From positions 347,386,001-347,450,000 of the forward strand of contig OZ024740.1 in NCBI GenBank assembly GCA_964016885.1: a stretch of DNA of 64,000 nt. Direction: 5' to 3'. Positions 1 to 15,000 of the stretch are shown here, one piece after another. The stretch's first letter is position 1. Every line of letters begins with the position of its first letter. The notes beneath the pieces were generated by a model, which was given only the letters and a program-made list of their open reading frames with translations, had not been told where the DNA came from and did no database searches. The DNA is from Eledone cirrhosa. Lineage: Eukaryota. Position numbers and translations under genes: made by a program.

Positions 1-156
1 CATCATCTTTATTATTATTATTATTAAAAATATTATTATCGGTTTTCGAGATATTTGTTTTGCTGATATCTTACTTGTTGGAGAGGTTGATTTTAATATT
101 ATCATTCCTGCCGCTAGTTATATAGTTGTCAGTGTTGTCTTACTTACATATATATA

Positions 157-237
<81 letters not shown>

Positions 238-268
238 AAAGAATAGAGGTGTAACACACGAGTTGTGA

Positions 269-627
269 TATATTAGTAGAAGGAAAAGAAAATGCTGACA
301 AATTTTTCCCAGTGAAAAATAGTTTAGTTAGGAATAAATAAAAATTAGTAATAAGTATTGGTTAGTATTCAGTTTTAGTTTTAAGCTTCTACAGGTTGCG
401 CATTTCTAATGCTTTTCAAAAATAATTTTGAGATAGAGCGCTCGTGATGTTTGCCACGGGCGCTCTATCTCAAAATTATTTTTGAAAAGCATTAGAAATG
501 CGCAACCTGTAGAAGCTTAAAACTAAAACTGAATACTAACCAATACTTATTACTAATTTTTATTTATTCCTAACTAAACTATTTTTCACTGGGAGAAATG
601 TGTCACCATTTTCTTTTCCTTTTACTA

Positions 628-632
<5 letters not shown>
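269..632. mobile_element. Foldback PLE terminal-repeat (pLTR-like) insertion between (TA)n tracts
   Basis: Arms about 269-441 and 460-632 are near-perfect reverse complements. A solo copy of the same sequence lies at about 51657-51885. Confidence 0.75.
479..514 (+). ncRNA. Variant minimal type I hammerhead (UUGAAAA...GCAA core)
   Basis: ttt TTGAAAA gcatt-aga-aatgc GCAA cctg TA gaa. Mirror copy at 387-422(-). Third copy at 51817-51852(-) has palindromic ACCGGT stem III. Stem I is only 3 bp. Confidence 0.45.
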
Positions 633-660
<28 letters not shown>

Positions 661-670
661 CGCATGTATG

Positions 671-744
<74 letters not shown>

Positions 745-938
745 CATATATTATATGTAAATATGTATATATAAAAAATATAGATAGATAGAGAGGGGGG
801 GGGAATAGAGAAGGGGAGAGAGACACGTATGTATATATAAATATATGTGTCCAATATTCACAGTAGCCTTTGTAGCACAACAGAATTTAATTTATTTTGA
901 ACTAATTACTGCGAGGTTTTGTGACAAATGCCTTATTT

Positions 939-1007
<69 letters not shown>

Positions 1008-1082
1008 TGTGTGTGGGGTGAGGGTGATTGATAGATAGATTGACAGATTGATAGATAGATAGACAGATAGATATATATATAT

Positions 1083-1173
<91 letters not shown>

Positions 1174-1563
1174 TTATATGGCTACAAAATGAATCGAATA
1201 TTATTATTATTCGATATAAACTCGATATAAATCTTACATTTATATAATACACTATGAGAGCGAGAAACCAAATTCTAATTTTGTTTTTGATTTTCGACAA
1301 AGCCAAACGTAAATTCGCTCGGTATGCAAATTAGGCCTATCACCCAATGTATACATTAAGAAATACTGTATATTTTCAAAAGTTAAAACGAGTGGCAGAG
1401 AGGTACTTAGTGTTGACAGAGGCCATCGATCCAGAAATATGTTGAATGTTCCTAGATGCCACTGCTAGAACGAACTGATGACGATGTTCATCAATTTAAT
1501 ATATATAGTGTAATGAGGATGTTTCCTTGCATACAAACCGAATGGTATTATTATTATTCGAGA

Positions 1564-1757
1564 GGGTGATGGATTGGCCGTATCGGTAGTGAGTCGGACG
1601 CTATGCTTTTCAGTATAGAGTTACGTCCCTTTATGAACTGAGTTCAAATCCCACCGAGGCTAACTTTGCCTTTCATCATTATGGGGTCGATAAAATAAAG
1701 TACCTTAATTTACTTGGAAATTGCTGACCTTGTGCCAAAAGTAGAAACAATATTATT
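1564..1757 (+). mobile_element. tRNA-derived SINE
   Basis: Pol III A-box-like head, B-box GAGTTCAAATCC, core GCCTTTCATC..GGGGTCGATAAAATAAAGTACC, tail GTAGAAACAAT(TAT). More than 10 copies in the window. Confidence 0.85.
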
Positions 1758-1829
1758 CGATATGAAACTCATATACATGTATGCTTATATATATATATAT
1801 ATATATGAGTGTGTATGTGTATATATGTA

Positions 1830-1874
<45 letters not shown>

Positions 1875-1876
<2 letters not shown>

Positions 1877-2990
1877 CGAAGGAAATGTGGTAAGGAACCA
1901 GGTGGACCATAACGCACCAAAGTACTCAATACTTGAGGTAGTAGAGTGGGTAATAGGAACCAGTAAGACCCCGACAGCTGAGCTCAAGCCGTTTCGACGG
2001 CTAATTCTGGACTAAATGAAAATTTATCCTGGTATTTAAATAGCCGATCTTCTCAAGGGGTAATTCCATATATGGTCAAAGTGATTGTCAAAAATCAGTA
2101 GTAATTCTGTGGTTGCAAATTAGTAGGGGAGATGGTGGCTAAACCTGCCAGTAGGAGAAAGAGGGGAGGGGGTGGAGTAGACCCAATCAAGCGTTGGTAG
2201 TGCCAGCTACAGCTGGGCATGAGGTCAAAGAAGATACAGGGGAGGGGGAGGGGGAGGAAGTCGGAACGGTAGGTAGAACAATGGGGGGTAGAAATATATA
2301 GGAAAGAAAAAATACTGAGAGTGAAGAAAAGCAAATAAGTGTAAAGAAAAAAGTAAAGTAAATTAAATTCTACGACCTAGGTCTCTAGCTATTGTTAGGC
2401 TAGAATAAATAAATAAAGAAAGAAAGAAAGAAGTAAAGAAAGAAATAAAGAAATAACGAAATAAGTAAAAGAACTAGGTGGGACGGAATTGGCAAGGACC
2501 CTTTTAAGAGGTATAAGTACGTAAATGATACGGTGACGGGTCAACAAAAGGGGCCAAAACACTAAAGAGACTACCACGAAATAAACAATAAAGGTTTCCA
2601 TCCCGGGCACAATGCCAGCAACCACCCAGTGCAGCAAAGTGAACTTGTACGAGATAATAATTCTGAGTCCCGAGAAAAATATATACTAATGCTAACTCTA
2701 AAAGATCTAAAACAAGCTACATGAAAGTTCGTACGAAGTAAAGGTAGAATACGGAAAAATAAATTCAGAATCCACCCCGCCCAAAAGAAAATCGAAGAAA
2801 GAAATACTGAAACGAAAAAATAAGGCATAAGTGCCACTAAGAAATATAGAGGGCACAGAGAATAGTGGGAGCGGTCGGAAAAAGGGGACAAGTATCCGGG
2901 GTCTAAACCAACTGCTATAAAGGGCGGAGTCCGCCAAATCTATCATAGACTAGGGGAGGGGGTGGGGGTACTGTCGGGGTCTTACTGGTT

Positions 2991-2995
<5 letters not shown>
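1875..2995 (-). mobile_element. Non-coding PLE terminal fragment with short inverted 5' copy, flanked by (TA)n
   Basis: The same end (aacgaagg..tggtaaggaacc) abuts (TA)n at 1875, 11649, 33777 and 57657. 2971-2995 is an inverted copy of the region around 1953-1977. Carries an HHR. Confidence 0.7.
1968..2061 (-). ncRNA. Type I hammerhead ribozyme with U3:A8 core
   Basis: Minus strand: acccc TTGAGAA gatcggcta...tagccgtc GAAA cggcttgagctcagctg TC ggggt. Stems I, II and III all pair. GUC cleavage triplet. Confidence 0.8.
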
Positions 2996-3029
<34 letters not shown>

Positions 3030-3114
3030 TGCTCAGTCAAGGTGATCAAGGTGATATATATATGTATATACATATATGTGTGTATGTGTGTATATATATA
3101 TGTATGTGTGTGTG

Positions 3115-3145
<31 letters not shown>

Positions 3146-3174
3146 ATATAGACTGCTCGGTCAAGGTGATCAAG

Positions 3175-3272
<98 letters not shown>

Positions 3273-3294
3273 TATGTATATATATATATATAAA

Positions 3295-3820
3295 TTTTGC
3301 TTGTTCCGCTCATTTCAATTTTATACTTCTGTTATCTCAAATTAATACCATTGAACAAGAACTGTATTATAGACACCCTATATATTTCCGTGGGTACTTG
3401 GTACCTGTGGGGATATTGATCTCATTTTATGTATATTCTCCCATCTGTGTAGAGAAACATTTCGTTGTATACCTAGCTGCTATTTTTTTAGTAGTGTGCC
3501 AAACAACACGTCTATAATATTCCCTCTTCTACTAACGACCAGTTCACGTGTAGGTCATGTTTACGACCCCACTCCATCTTTCACTAGCTGGCTGAAGGCA
3601 ATGCATTTGCCTGCTATATGGGACTATATGTCCTATGTAAGGGAAAACGCTTTCTGAAAAGCCGATTTTTCCATTGGAACTCCCTTGGATTTCCAATCTT
3701 TTGTGAGGCGAAACCGTCGGTAAAAGCATTATGAATGGGTAAATATTTAAATTGTATTTTGAATTTATTTTGAAAGATTGTTTAAATGTTGCTTGTTCCG
3801 CTCATTTCAATTTTATATAT
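3295..3820 (-). mobile_element. Degenerate retroelement fragment (possible PLE RT remnant) bounded by direct repeats
   Basis: Direct repeat ttgcttgttccgctcatttcaattttata at about 3297 and 3789. Minus-strand remnant FLYTDGRIYIK*DQYP weakly resembles the region before RT motif B. Confidence 0.35.
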
Positions 3821-3887
3821 ATATAGTGGTAGAACACTGGCAAGTAATATCCGTAGTGGTAGAGCACTCAGTCCATGGGACGAGTTA

Positions 3888-4662
3888 CGTAGAAGTGGTT
3901 ACACAACAATTAGTTCACCATAGCGAGAACAAGTGTTTCATCTTAGCGGATCCTCAGCTCGTAATGAACATGGTTATACAGAACAGGAAGGACAACCGTA
4001 CGAACCCGCATGCGCAGAAACGGTCACTTCACTCAGGCAATACTAAATTGCGTGCGAGAGGTGTAAGGGAGATAACTGCGAAAGTCCGAAAGTTTCTAGC
4101 TGATAAGAAAATTAGGATGTTATTGTAATTCAATCTGGAGCTTTGTAGTTATGCAAGAGGTGTTTCCAGCCGTGTGGACAACGTGTGAAGAATTCATTTC
4201 TTGAGTTTAGGCAATCGTGATAGTCCACACGACGGATTGCCCTTTGCGTATGGCTTAGACTTAGTAATGGCTTTTCATTGAATGGAGTAGACTATGTATT
4301 GATGAACGAATAAATATTCTAAGGAGATTACGCAATAGCGATTGCCTAAACTCAAGAAATGAATTCTTCACACGTTGTCTACACGTCTGGAAACACCTCT
4401 TACATAACTACAAAGCTCCGGATTGAATTACAACATCCTAATTTTCTTATCAACTAGAAACTTTCAGACTTTCGCAGTTATCTCCCTTACACCTCTCGCA
4501 CGCAATTTAGTATTGCATGAGTGTAGTGACCGTTTCTGCGCATGGGCGTTCGTACGGTTGTCCTTCTTGTTCCGTATAACCATGTCCATTACGAGCTGAG
4601 GATCCGCTAAGGTGAAACAATTGTTCTCGGTAAGGTGAACTAACTGTTGTGTAACCACTTCT
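3888..4662. mobile_element. Foldback PLE-like terminal repeat pair
   Basis: 3888-4216 and 4339-4662 are inverted copies with scattered substitutions. The right end abuts (TA)n. Confidence 0.75.
4592..4629 (+). ncRNA. Minimal type I hammerhead
   Basis: cgag CTGAGGA t-cc-gctaa-gg-t GAAA caattg TT ctcg, with palindromic ACAATTGT stem III. Mirror copy at 3924-3961(-). Confidence 0.7.
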
Positions 4663-4797
4663 ATATATATATATATATATATATATCCATATGTGGTTGA
4701 TGACTGAGTGAAAGGAGTACTCAATTCGATTTGTTTGCAAAAGCAAACGGCCCGATAAAGCTCTGCCGTGCCGATGACCAATCGTCATCCGTTTGTT

Positions 4798-4926
<129 letters not shown>

Positions 4927-5914
4927 ATGCATACTTACATTTATGTTTAGATGTGCGAGAGTGAGAAATAAAATTCTAATTATATATATATATATATAGT
5001 TTATTTGATATTGATATGGATAATTACTAAACTAAGACTTTAGAATGCCCTTCGCTATGTTCGTACTAGAAAGTTTGGCTAAATCTAATAAGTAAGCATT
5101 CCTCTGTTGACCATCTATATTATTTGATATTAGTAGAAATAGCATGTAAGTGAACTACAGTTACACCAAAAATATCGCTGCTTCTTTTATATATAAAACG
5201 ATGAATTATTTCTAATTTGACGTTGAAAAAATCTTTTGTTCGATGTAATCGTAGTACTCTTTCAACAGAGTGTACCCTTCAAATGTTGACTTTCCTGCAA
5301 ATAACTGTGAAACAACTGTTGTATTGGGCTTACTGAGAATACTTTATGATACACTCAAATTACTCAACAAAAACGTCGCAAGTTTCATCAGATTATATAT
5401 GGAGTCAAGAATTTGAAATGAATATAATTGATTGGTCCAATAAATTGTATATCCCTTCATTAAAAGCTCCAGAAGTTGTATTCATTGCCTCTCGTTAAAC
5501 TTATATCTGATTTCAGCTTTTTTCAAAGTTTAAATGATCAGAATTGGTAAAGTCCTTCAGTCACTTCCAAAAATATTGTTTAATCATTTTCATCTACCAA
5601 ATTAAACTTGCTAAAAGAGTTTATTTGCTTCATAATACATTTACCATAATATCAATGAAAACAAATATTTAGAGTTATTCATCAACAAGGAAATTTCATT
5701 AACACTAGCTATCTATTGTACTTTTGCGTTCTACATACATGAAATTATCGCTTGTGAATATATGAAGATGCTACATATTCTGCGTACGAAGATTACCTAA
5801 ACGAATGCTTGACGCATTCTCTGACCTGACAACTGGTTAAATCGAGATGAATAATTATGTTTCAATAATTGCTTTTGTATTGCGGGGCTTCTTTCCAACT
5901 CCATTCAATTGTTT

Positions 5915-6105
5915 GGGCGGTGGATTGGCAGCATTGGTAGAGGGTCTGACGCCATGATTTGCAGCATAGAGTTGCGGCCCATTATGTTCTGAGTTCAAAT
6001 CCCACTGAGGTTAACTTTGCCTTTCATCCTTACGAGGTCGATAAAATAAAGCACCAGTAATTCACTGGAATAATTGCTGGCCTTGTACCAAATGTAGAAA
6101 CAATT
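5915..6105 (+). mobile_element. tRNA-derived SINE
   Basis: Full head-core-tail match to the other copies. Confidence 0.85.
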
Positions 6106-6159
6106 TATATGTTGAGTTCTTTTTTCTTTGCAAACGCAAACATTCTGCCAAACATGTAT

Positions 6160-6740
6160 GTATGTAGATTATCCAAACAATTCCTTTAAGTTGAGGTTCA
6201 AGGACTGTGTATAAATATTCCCGATGAAACCTGGTATCTTCGCTGGAAACTGGGGACAATCTGTGAATGATCGAACACTGTGTAAGAAAACTGTATATGA
6301 AGGGAAAGTACAAATTGAAACAGCCCGAAGAAATTACGAAATGTTAAATAAGGACTTGAAAGCGTAAATGCCAGGAAGCGTCGGAGACCAAGGAGGGTTA
6401 GCATGCAATAAGTGTGGGAGCCTCAGCAAAGAGTCACGAAAAGAGGTCATGTAAAAAAGGCTGATGCAGATTACGTTGGTGCATCAATGTGGTATGAAAT
6501 CAGCCAATCAGCAGGAGGTCAGAGGCGGCACATGAAAGTACATGGCAACCAGCCATCGATTATTGTTGCCAAAGACAATATCTATAACATCTGTGACAGA
6601 GAGTGTATGACTCTTGCTAGCCTAAAAAGTCACATCCGTGCTACAAACATGCAGAAGACTATCTAAAATGTTCAGACGATGGCTATTCTCGAGCGCCAGG
6701 TAGCTGCCATCATGTAGTATGTTGTATGTATGTATGTACC
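6160..6740 (+). mobile_element. 3' end of a degenerate RTE-like LINE
   Basis: C-terminal zinc-finger-like remnant CDRECMTLASLKSHIRA, followed by a (TATG)n tail. Confidence 0.5.
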
Positions 6741-7396
6741 CAGTACAACTTGTCACATGTTCAGAACGTCGGCGACTAAACCGGAAACCCCACCAAGTTT
6801 ACTTGGTGAGGAGGGTGATTTTGGACACCCTGCAGGACAAAAGAAAGTTCTGACAAAGGGCAGAAGAACTCATAAGAGTCAACGGCCATCCAAAAATGTG
6901 TAAATATGTGTAAATATGTGTATACATATGTACATATATATGTATATGTACATATATGTGTATATGCGCGGGGACATCGAAATAATCGGACTGGATACCT
7001 GATCGCGCGGTTAAACCACTGGGAGTGAAGGACACTTAGCCTTTGTCAGGGCATTCTTCTAGAAGGCAACTAAGTAAACTGGGATAACTCCTACATAAAA
7101 CCTGCGGCTCAGTAGTAACCGATGATGTTGATCTTTTCTTCTTTTCGTGTTATAGTTACTGTCGCTCAGAGAGTGGGATTGTCTCAGTGTACATTCTTTC
7201 CTCACTTTAAAAATTATCTTCACGCTCAGGCATTGCATGATAGAATAAATTAATAATTATTAATAATGGTATATCGTGCAATGGCCATACTCGATAACGA
7301 GGGGGCAGCCATCATGTATATATGTATGTATGTATTATGTATGGATATCTGTATATATGTATGCATGTATGCATGTATGTATGTATTACGTATGTA

Positions 7397-7431
<35 letters not shown>

Positions 7432-7719
7432 TGTATGTATGTATGTATGTATGTATATATGTATGTATATATGTATATATGGAAATATGTATATATGTAT
7501 GTATATATTTATGTATATATATATATGTATATATATATATATGTATGTATTTCTAGTTTGGAAGAAACAAAGGTAGATGACAAACAAATCTGTTCACAAA
7601 CAATGAGACATGGGAAATGAAAAGCAATACCAAACAAACAATAAAAAACAACACAAAAGAACAATAATAAACGTTGGACAGATAAAACGACTGAGACTTA
7701 TTTTTTTATGATAATGTTA

Positions 7720-8288
7720 GTGTTGTTCGTGGTGGTAGTGGTAGTGGTGGTGGTGATAGTGGTGGTGGTGATAGTGGTAGTGGTGGTGGTGATAGTGGTG
7801 GTAGTGTTGGTGATAGTGGTAGTTGTGGTGGTGATAGTGCTGGTAGTGGTGGGGATAATGGTGGTGGTGATAGTGGTAGTGGTGGTGGTGATTGTGCTAG
7901 TGGTGGTGGTGGTGGTGGTGATAATGGCAGTGGTGGTAGTGATTGTGATAGGGGTGGTGGTGGTGGTGATAGTGGTAGTGGTGATGGTAGTTGTTGGTGG
8001 TGGTGATCGTGGTAGTGGTGGTGGCGATAGTGGTAGTGGTAATGAGAGGGGTGTTAATGGTGATAGTGGTTGTGATGATGGTTGTGGGGGTGGTTATTGT
8101 TGTTGTTGAGGTTGTGGTGGTAGTGGTGCTGGTGGTGCTGGTGATAATAGTAGTGGTAATAGTAGTGGGAGTTATCAAGAGGATCGTAATGGTGATAGTG
8201 GTTGTGATGATGATTGTGCGGGTGGTTGTAGTTGTGGTGGTAAGAGTGTTTGCGATAGTGGTTGTTGTTGTTGATGACGATCGTTGGT

Positions 8289-8349
<61 letters not shown>

Positions 8350-8645
8350 GGTGGTGGTGGTGGTGGTGGTGGTGGTGATGGTGGTAGTAGTAGTAGTAGT
8401 AGTAGTGCTGGTGGTGGTGCTGCTGCTGTAGTAATAGTAGTAGTAGTAGTGGTGGTGGTGGTAATAGTAGTAGCAGTCGTAGTAGTAGTAGTCGTAGTAT
8501 TCTAGTCGTAGTAGTAGTAGTCGTAGTAGTAGTAGTACTAGTAGTAGTGGTGGTAGTGGTGGTGGTGATGGTGGTGATGGTGGTGGTGGTGGTGGTGGTG
8601 GTGGTGGTGGTGATTGTTGTTGTCGTAGTAATAGCAGTAGCGATG
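7720..8645. repeat. (GTG/GTA)n degenerate trinucleotide tract
   Basis: Directly visible; it is the source of the poly-V/T/S ORFs. Confidence 0.9.
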
Positions 8646-8691
8646 TCTGCGGAGGTGGGGTGATTCGAAATATTCAGTCTGTGGAGAGAAC

Positions 8692-8734
8692 GAACATCAC
8701 ATCCAAACATAGAAATACAGATATGGAGGAAAAG

Positions 8735-8795
<61 letters not shown>

Positions 8796-8843
8796 TTTCT
8801 TTTCCTCCATATCTGTATTTCTATGTTTGGATGTGATGTTCTC
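8692..8843. repeat. About 48 bp inverted repeat flanking a (TA)n tract
   Basis: acatcacatccaaacatagaaatacagatatggaggaaaagaaaa and its reverse complement lie on either side of (TA)n. Confidence 0.85.
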
Positions 8844-8846
8844 TCA

Positions 8847-8964
<118 letters not shown>

Positions 8965-9484
8965 GGGGGGGGGGAACAAATGGACATAGAGAGAAACAGA
9001 GAGACAGAGACAATGACATAGAGAAGCCTGGAAGATGAATGTTTGCCGTAGGAGCGTTTAAATTAATCTACAATATCACATGTTGGTTTTGGCCAAGGAA
9101 GACTTGTTTACCTCCCTTAGTCCCACGGGATTACCAATGTTTTGAAACTGGCTCAGGAACAATTGACGCAAGTTGCGCTTGCTTAGCTCTGATCTGATGT
9201 TTAATACCACAATTTTCTGTACACTGTAATCTAGATAAAAGCCAAGGCTCTGGACTCGTGGGCCCACTGATTTCGGTAATCTCTCCCTTTCCATAAAACG
9301 AAAACAGCGCATCGAGTGACGTCATGTTTGTGTTTCTATTGGTGTATGGTGTGTGAGCTCTATACATTTTTTAATCTGTGGGTTCGTATGCATATACTTG
9401 TGTGCGCGCTCGCATACGTGGGTACGTGCATGTGTTTCTGTTTGTGTTTATTTGTTACGTGTGCGTATTCAGCAGTACACACAC

Positions 9485-9680
<196 letters not shown>

Positions 9681-9730
9681 TTATATATATGGGTGTGTAT
9701 TTATATATATATATATATATACATAATATC

Positions 9731-9768
<38 letters not shown>

Positions 9769-10049
9769 TATGTATATACATGTATATATATACACATACA
9801 TGTATATATATATATATATACAATATATATATATATAATGTACACATATCACTGCGTGTGCCAGCGTTTGCATTTGTGTGTGCATAAAGTACAAAACGTA
9901 AAAAGATAAAACTGAGAAATCATACATAAGGAGAAAAAACAAGTACTTGTATTGTGGTCGTCATTGTTTTTTGTGGTCGTTGATTTTCTTTTGTAGTCGT
10001 TGGTGAATGAATGGTAGTGGTGGTGGATGTAGTGGTAGATGTGGTTATG

Positions 10050-10340
10050 TTGTTTGGATGCTGGAAGAGGTTATGAAAACGATTTTCAATCTTTTATATA
10101 TCTATTTATTTACTTCCTTACCTTCACTATTGCTTCGTTCAGTGAATATCACGAGGCGCTTCACAATATAAAACCGGAACAGAATAGACAGAAAGCTATG
10201 TATGTCTATTGTATACATGTATAAACACAAATACAGATAGAAATACGTACACAGACATACATACTTGTATATATATATATATATAATTGATATTTTGTTA
10301 TATATATACATATATATATATATATACGATATTTTGTTAT

Positions 10341-10431
<91 letters not shown>

Positions 10432-10640
10432 CTTACATACCTACATTCATATATACATACATGTATACAAACATGCTTACATGCATACATGTATAGAGAG
10501 AAAGATAGATGTGTGTGTGCTTTATATTGTGTAGCGCCTTGTGATATTTACTTAACGAAGAAACAGTGATGGTAAGGAAGGAAATATATACATATATAAA
10601 AGTTTTTAAATTGTTTCTTAACCTCTGCCAGCATCCGAAT
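10050..10640. repeat. Diverged inverted repeat around (TA)n
   Basis: About 10050-10172 and 10520-10640 are reverse-complement similar. Confidence 0.65.
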
Positions 10641-10667
10641 AATTGTGTGTGCATATATGTCTTTGTG

Positions 10668-12006
<1,339 letters not shown>

Positions 12007-12788
12007 CATATATAGAGAGATATAGATATATCAAATTATTTCCACTGTCAGTAGAGTACAAATCGTCCTTGGTCACTGTATTGCGTTTTACCTATAATTA
12101 AAATTGAGATCATATTTGTTGTTTGTCTTTCCATCTACAATTAGGACATCTTTTTTCCGAGAACACATCTTCTGACCATATTTTAGAGAGGCCATAGTTT
12201 AAATATTTTATATGGATAATCAGTCTGAGATAATTACTTTAAATTTTATGAAAATCTGGTTGTTTTGATTCTAAATAATATTTTAACACTCTTAATTATG
12301 TATGTACCACTAATAAAACTCCTGATATTGTTTCAAAGTACTTCAGATGTTTGATGATACATTGGCAAAATAGGTGGCACAAGATAATCCACTCGTAAAT
12401 AGAGGGACAGTGTAAATTTGATAATCCTATATTTCACTTTAATTTATATTTGAATAGGTCTCCAAAGGTTTTCAATTTGACAGAAAGCTACTCATCCCAC
12501 TGCAATTATATGGTGGACGACATAGATTATGTCCTAGATATACTTGTGATATAGGTCTGCCAGTGCTTTCCTTCTGCTTAGGCTGCCTACCAGCCTGGAA
12601 AATATGTAATAGAAAAAAAATATTTTCCCTGGAGCAAATAAGGAAAAACCAATTGAATTCAAGAACACAATTCACTTGTTTTCATTGATTTTTCTTAAGG
12701 CTTTTGACAGCCTACATCTTTCCTCTCTTAGGAATCCCCTAGAAAGCAACACTGTCCAAAAGGAGTACATCACCTCCATAAATGTATA

Positions 12789-13677
12789 CACGATGGTCGG
12801 CTGAAAAGTTCTTGCATGCAGTAATCTTAACACACTCTCGTTAATAACTGACGCTTGACATCTCAAAGAAGACTTCAATTTAATTAGTAACGACTTCCTT
12901 TGAAAATGGACAAAATTTGGAACCTGGTTGCGACATTACGGCATGATGCTCCAGCTTTATCAACGCTGCAAAGGTGGGAAGCTGAATTTAGGAGAGGACG
13001 GGAGAGTTCTGAAGATGAGCCAAGATCTGGACGTCCTGACACTGCCACCACCGAGGAAACCAATGATCGTGTTCACCAGATGGTGATAGATGACAGGCGA
13101 TTAACTATAAATGAAATAGCCAGTGCTCTTAGTATATCCCGTGAGGGAGTTGAGAATATTCTACTCAATGAACTTTGCATGACAAAGGTTTTTCTCGGTG
13201 GGTGCCATGTCTTCTAAAAACTGTTCAAAAGTGTACGAAGCTGATGGTATCGCAGGGAAATCTGACATTGTTTGAGGCAGATCCAGCAGGTTTCTCTGAG
13301 CATTTCCTAACCTAGGCTAGGAAAGAGACAATCCGTGCCGTGGAAACACTCTCATCATCGGGACAATGCTCCCGCACACAAGTCTTTGGTGTCAATAGCT
13401 GCTGTGAATGATTGCTTTGAACCGGTTGATCACCCTCCCTATTCTCCTGTTGCCGAACATGAAAAAACATTTGGATGGGAATCAGTATTACAGTGATGTC
13501 ATATCTGCTATTGATGACTTGTTTACCAACTGGATGAATGCTTGTTCACGAACGGAATACAAACACTGCAACACCGATAGAAGAAGTATGTGAGCCGCAA
13601 GGGGAACAATATTAAAACATATACCTCATTTGTTCACATTTTATGAGATTACCTTGCTCAGACTATGAACTTTTCTG
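12789..13677 (+). mobile_element. Degenerate mariner DNA transposon
   Basis: ORF 12900-13217 has mariner N-terminal motifs (STLQRW..EFRRGRES.EDEPRSGRP, DRRLTINEIA). Remnant HRDNAPAHKS lies downstream. TIR-like ctgaaaagttc / gaacttttc. Internal deletions. Confidence 0.85.
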
Positions 13678-13712
13678 TTGCATTCAAGGTTGGCACAAAT
13701 AGATTTTATACA

Positions 13713-14290
13713 TAACGCATTCTGTTTTAGGCACAAGGTCACTAAATTGGGGCAGGGAAAAGCCGACTAGATCGAACCCAGTGAGTTACTGGTATTTTAT
13801 TTTGTCGGCCCGTAACAATGACATCAAAGTTAAGGTTGGAATTTAACTGAGACCACCAAGAGAAATACCTCTATGGTGCCCGTCACTGTCAATCCACCGC
13901 TCTCTTAGATATTTATATATAATTGTTTCTACGTTTGGCACAAGGCCAGCAATTATCCCAGTGTATTACTGGTACTTTATTTTATCGAACACGTATGGAT
14001 GAAAGGCAAAGTTGACCTCGGCGTGATTTGAACTCAGATCATAAAGGGCCGTAACTTTTTGCTGCAAAGTATGGCGTCCGACCCTCTACCGATACTGCCA
14101 ATTCACTTATGTTTATATATAATTGTTTCTACTTTTGGCACAAGGCCAGCAATTATCCCAGTGCATTACTGGTACTTTATTTTATCCACCCCGTAAGGAT
14201 GAAAGGCAAAGTTAACCTTGGCGGGATTTGAACTCAGAAGGGTAAGAGCCGTAACTCTAAGCGTCAAAGCATGGCGTCCGACCCTAAGCA
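13713..14290 (-). mobile_element. Three adjacent SINE copies (about 13713-13905 degenerate, 13920-14105, 14120-14290)
   Basis: Repeated reverse complement of the SINE core and tail (aattgtttctac..ggcacaaggccagc..ggtactttattttatc). Confidence 0.85.
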
Positions 14291-14431
14291 GAGAGACATT
14301 CCGTCCGTTATTCTTTTTTATCGTCAAAAACCTATCTTTTAGCCAATAACTTGAAGCTAACATATATTACGACGTTTTTTTTTCCAATTCCAACCCACCC
14401 GTCCCCCCATTCTATCTTATTTCTCATTCTT

Positions 14432-14467
14432 TCTTCTGATGAAGGACTAGCGTCCGAAACGTTAAGA
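14432..14467 (+). ncRNA. Minimal type I hammerhead in a pLTR fragment (about 14293-14560)
   Basis: tctt CTGATGA a-ggac-tagc-gtcc GAAA cg TT aaga, with palindromic AACGTT. A paralog at about 46420-46565 has lost stem II 3' half and GAAA. Confidence 0.75.
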
Positions 14468-14571
14468 CTCTCTTCCTGCTATATCAAGCGTTAACCTAAT
14501 ATATCCCTTCCATATACTGTACCGATTGTGTTGTTATTTCTGTTTACGTTTTACATATATGTATGTGTGTG

Positions 14572-14614
<43 letters not shown>

Positions 14615-14619
14615 GTAGT

Positions 14620-15000
14620 GTGGCCAAATTTATTATTTGGATTTATTATTTGTGATTATTAATTGTATCTTGAATTAACTGAGTTTCCTTTTAATCCAGT
14701 GACTGGATATTCAGCTTAACTACTCAGATTTGATCGATTATGTAGCATGCTGGAATTGGTGATTTGACCCATCATTAAAGCAACAAAATATTCTCCTAAC
14801 CACATACAAAATAAACAGATATATGATATTTGGTTTTAACATCACAATTACACAATTAGCATAACGCCGCAGCCATTGCATGCTAGAAACTGTTTGGTAG
14901 TTTTTTTTTCTGACATTGTTACTGCACTTCCACAATTTGAGCAGAAATTTTCCATTCACCATATGCTTGAAACAAGCGGATTGCTCATTGGAAATAAATC
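14620..15000. mobile_element. Possible Tc1/mariner remnant
   Basis: Weak resemblance to the WPPxSPDLNPxDY region near 14695-14760; heavily decayed. Confidence 0.3.
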
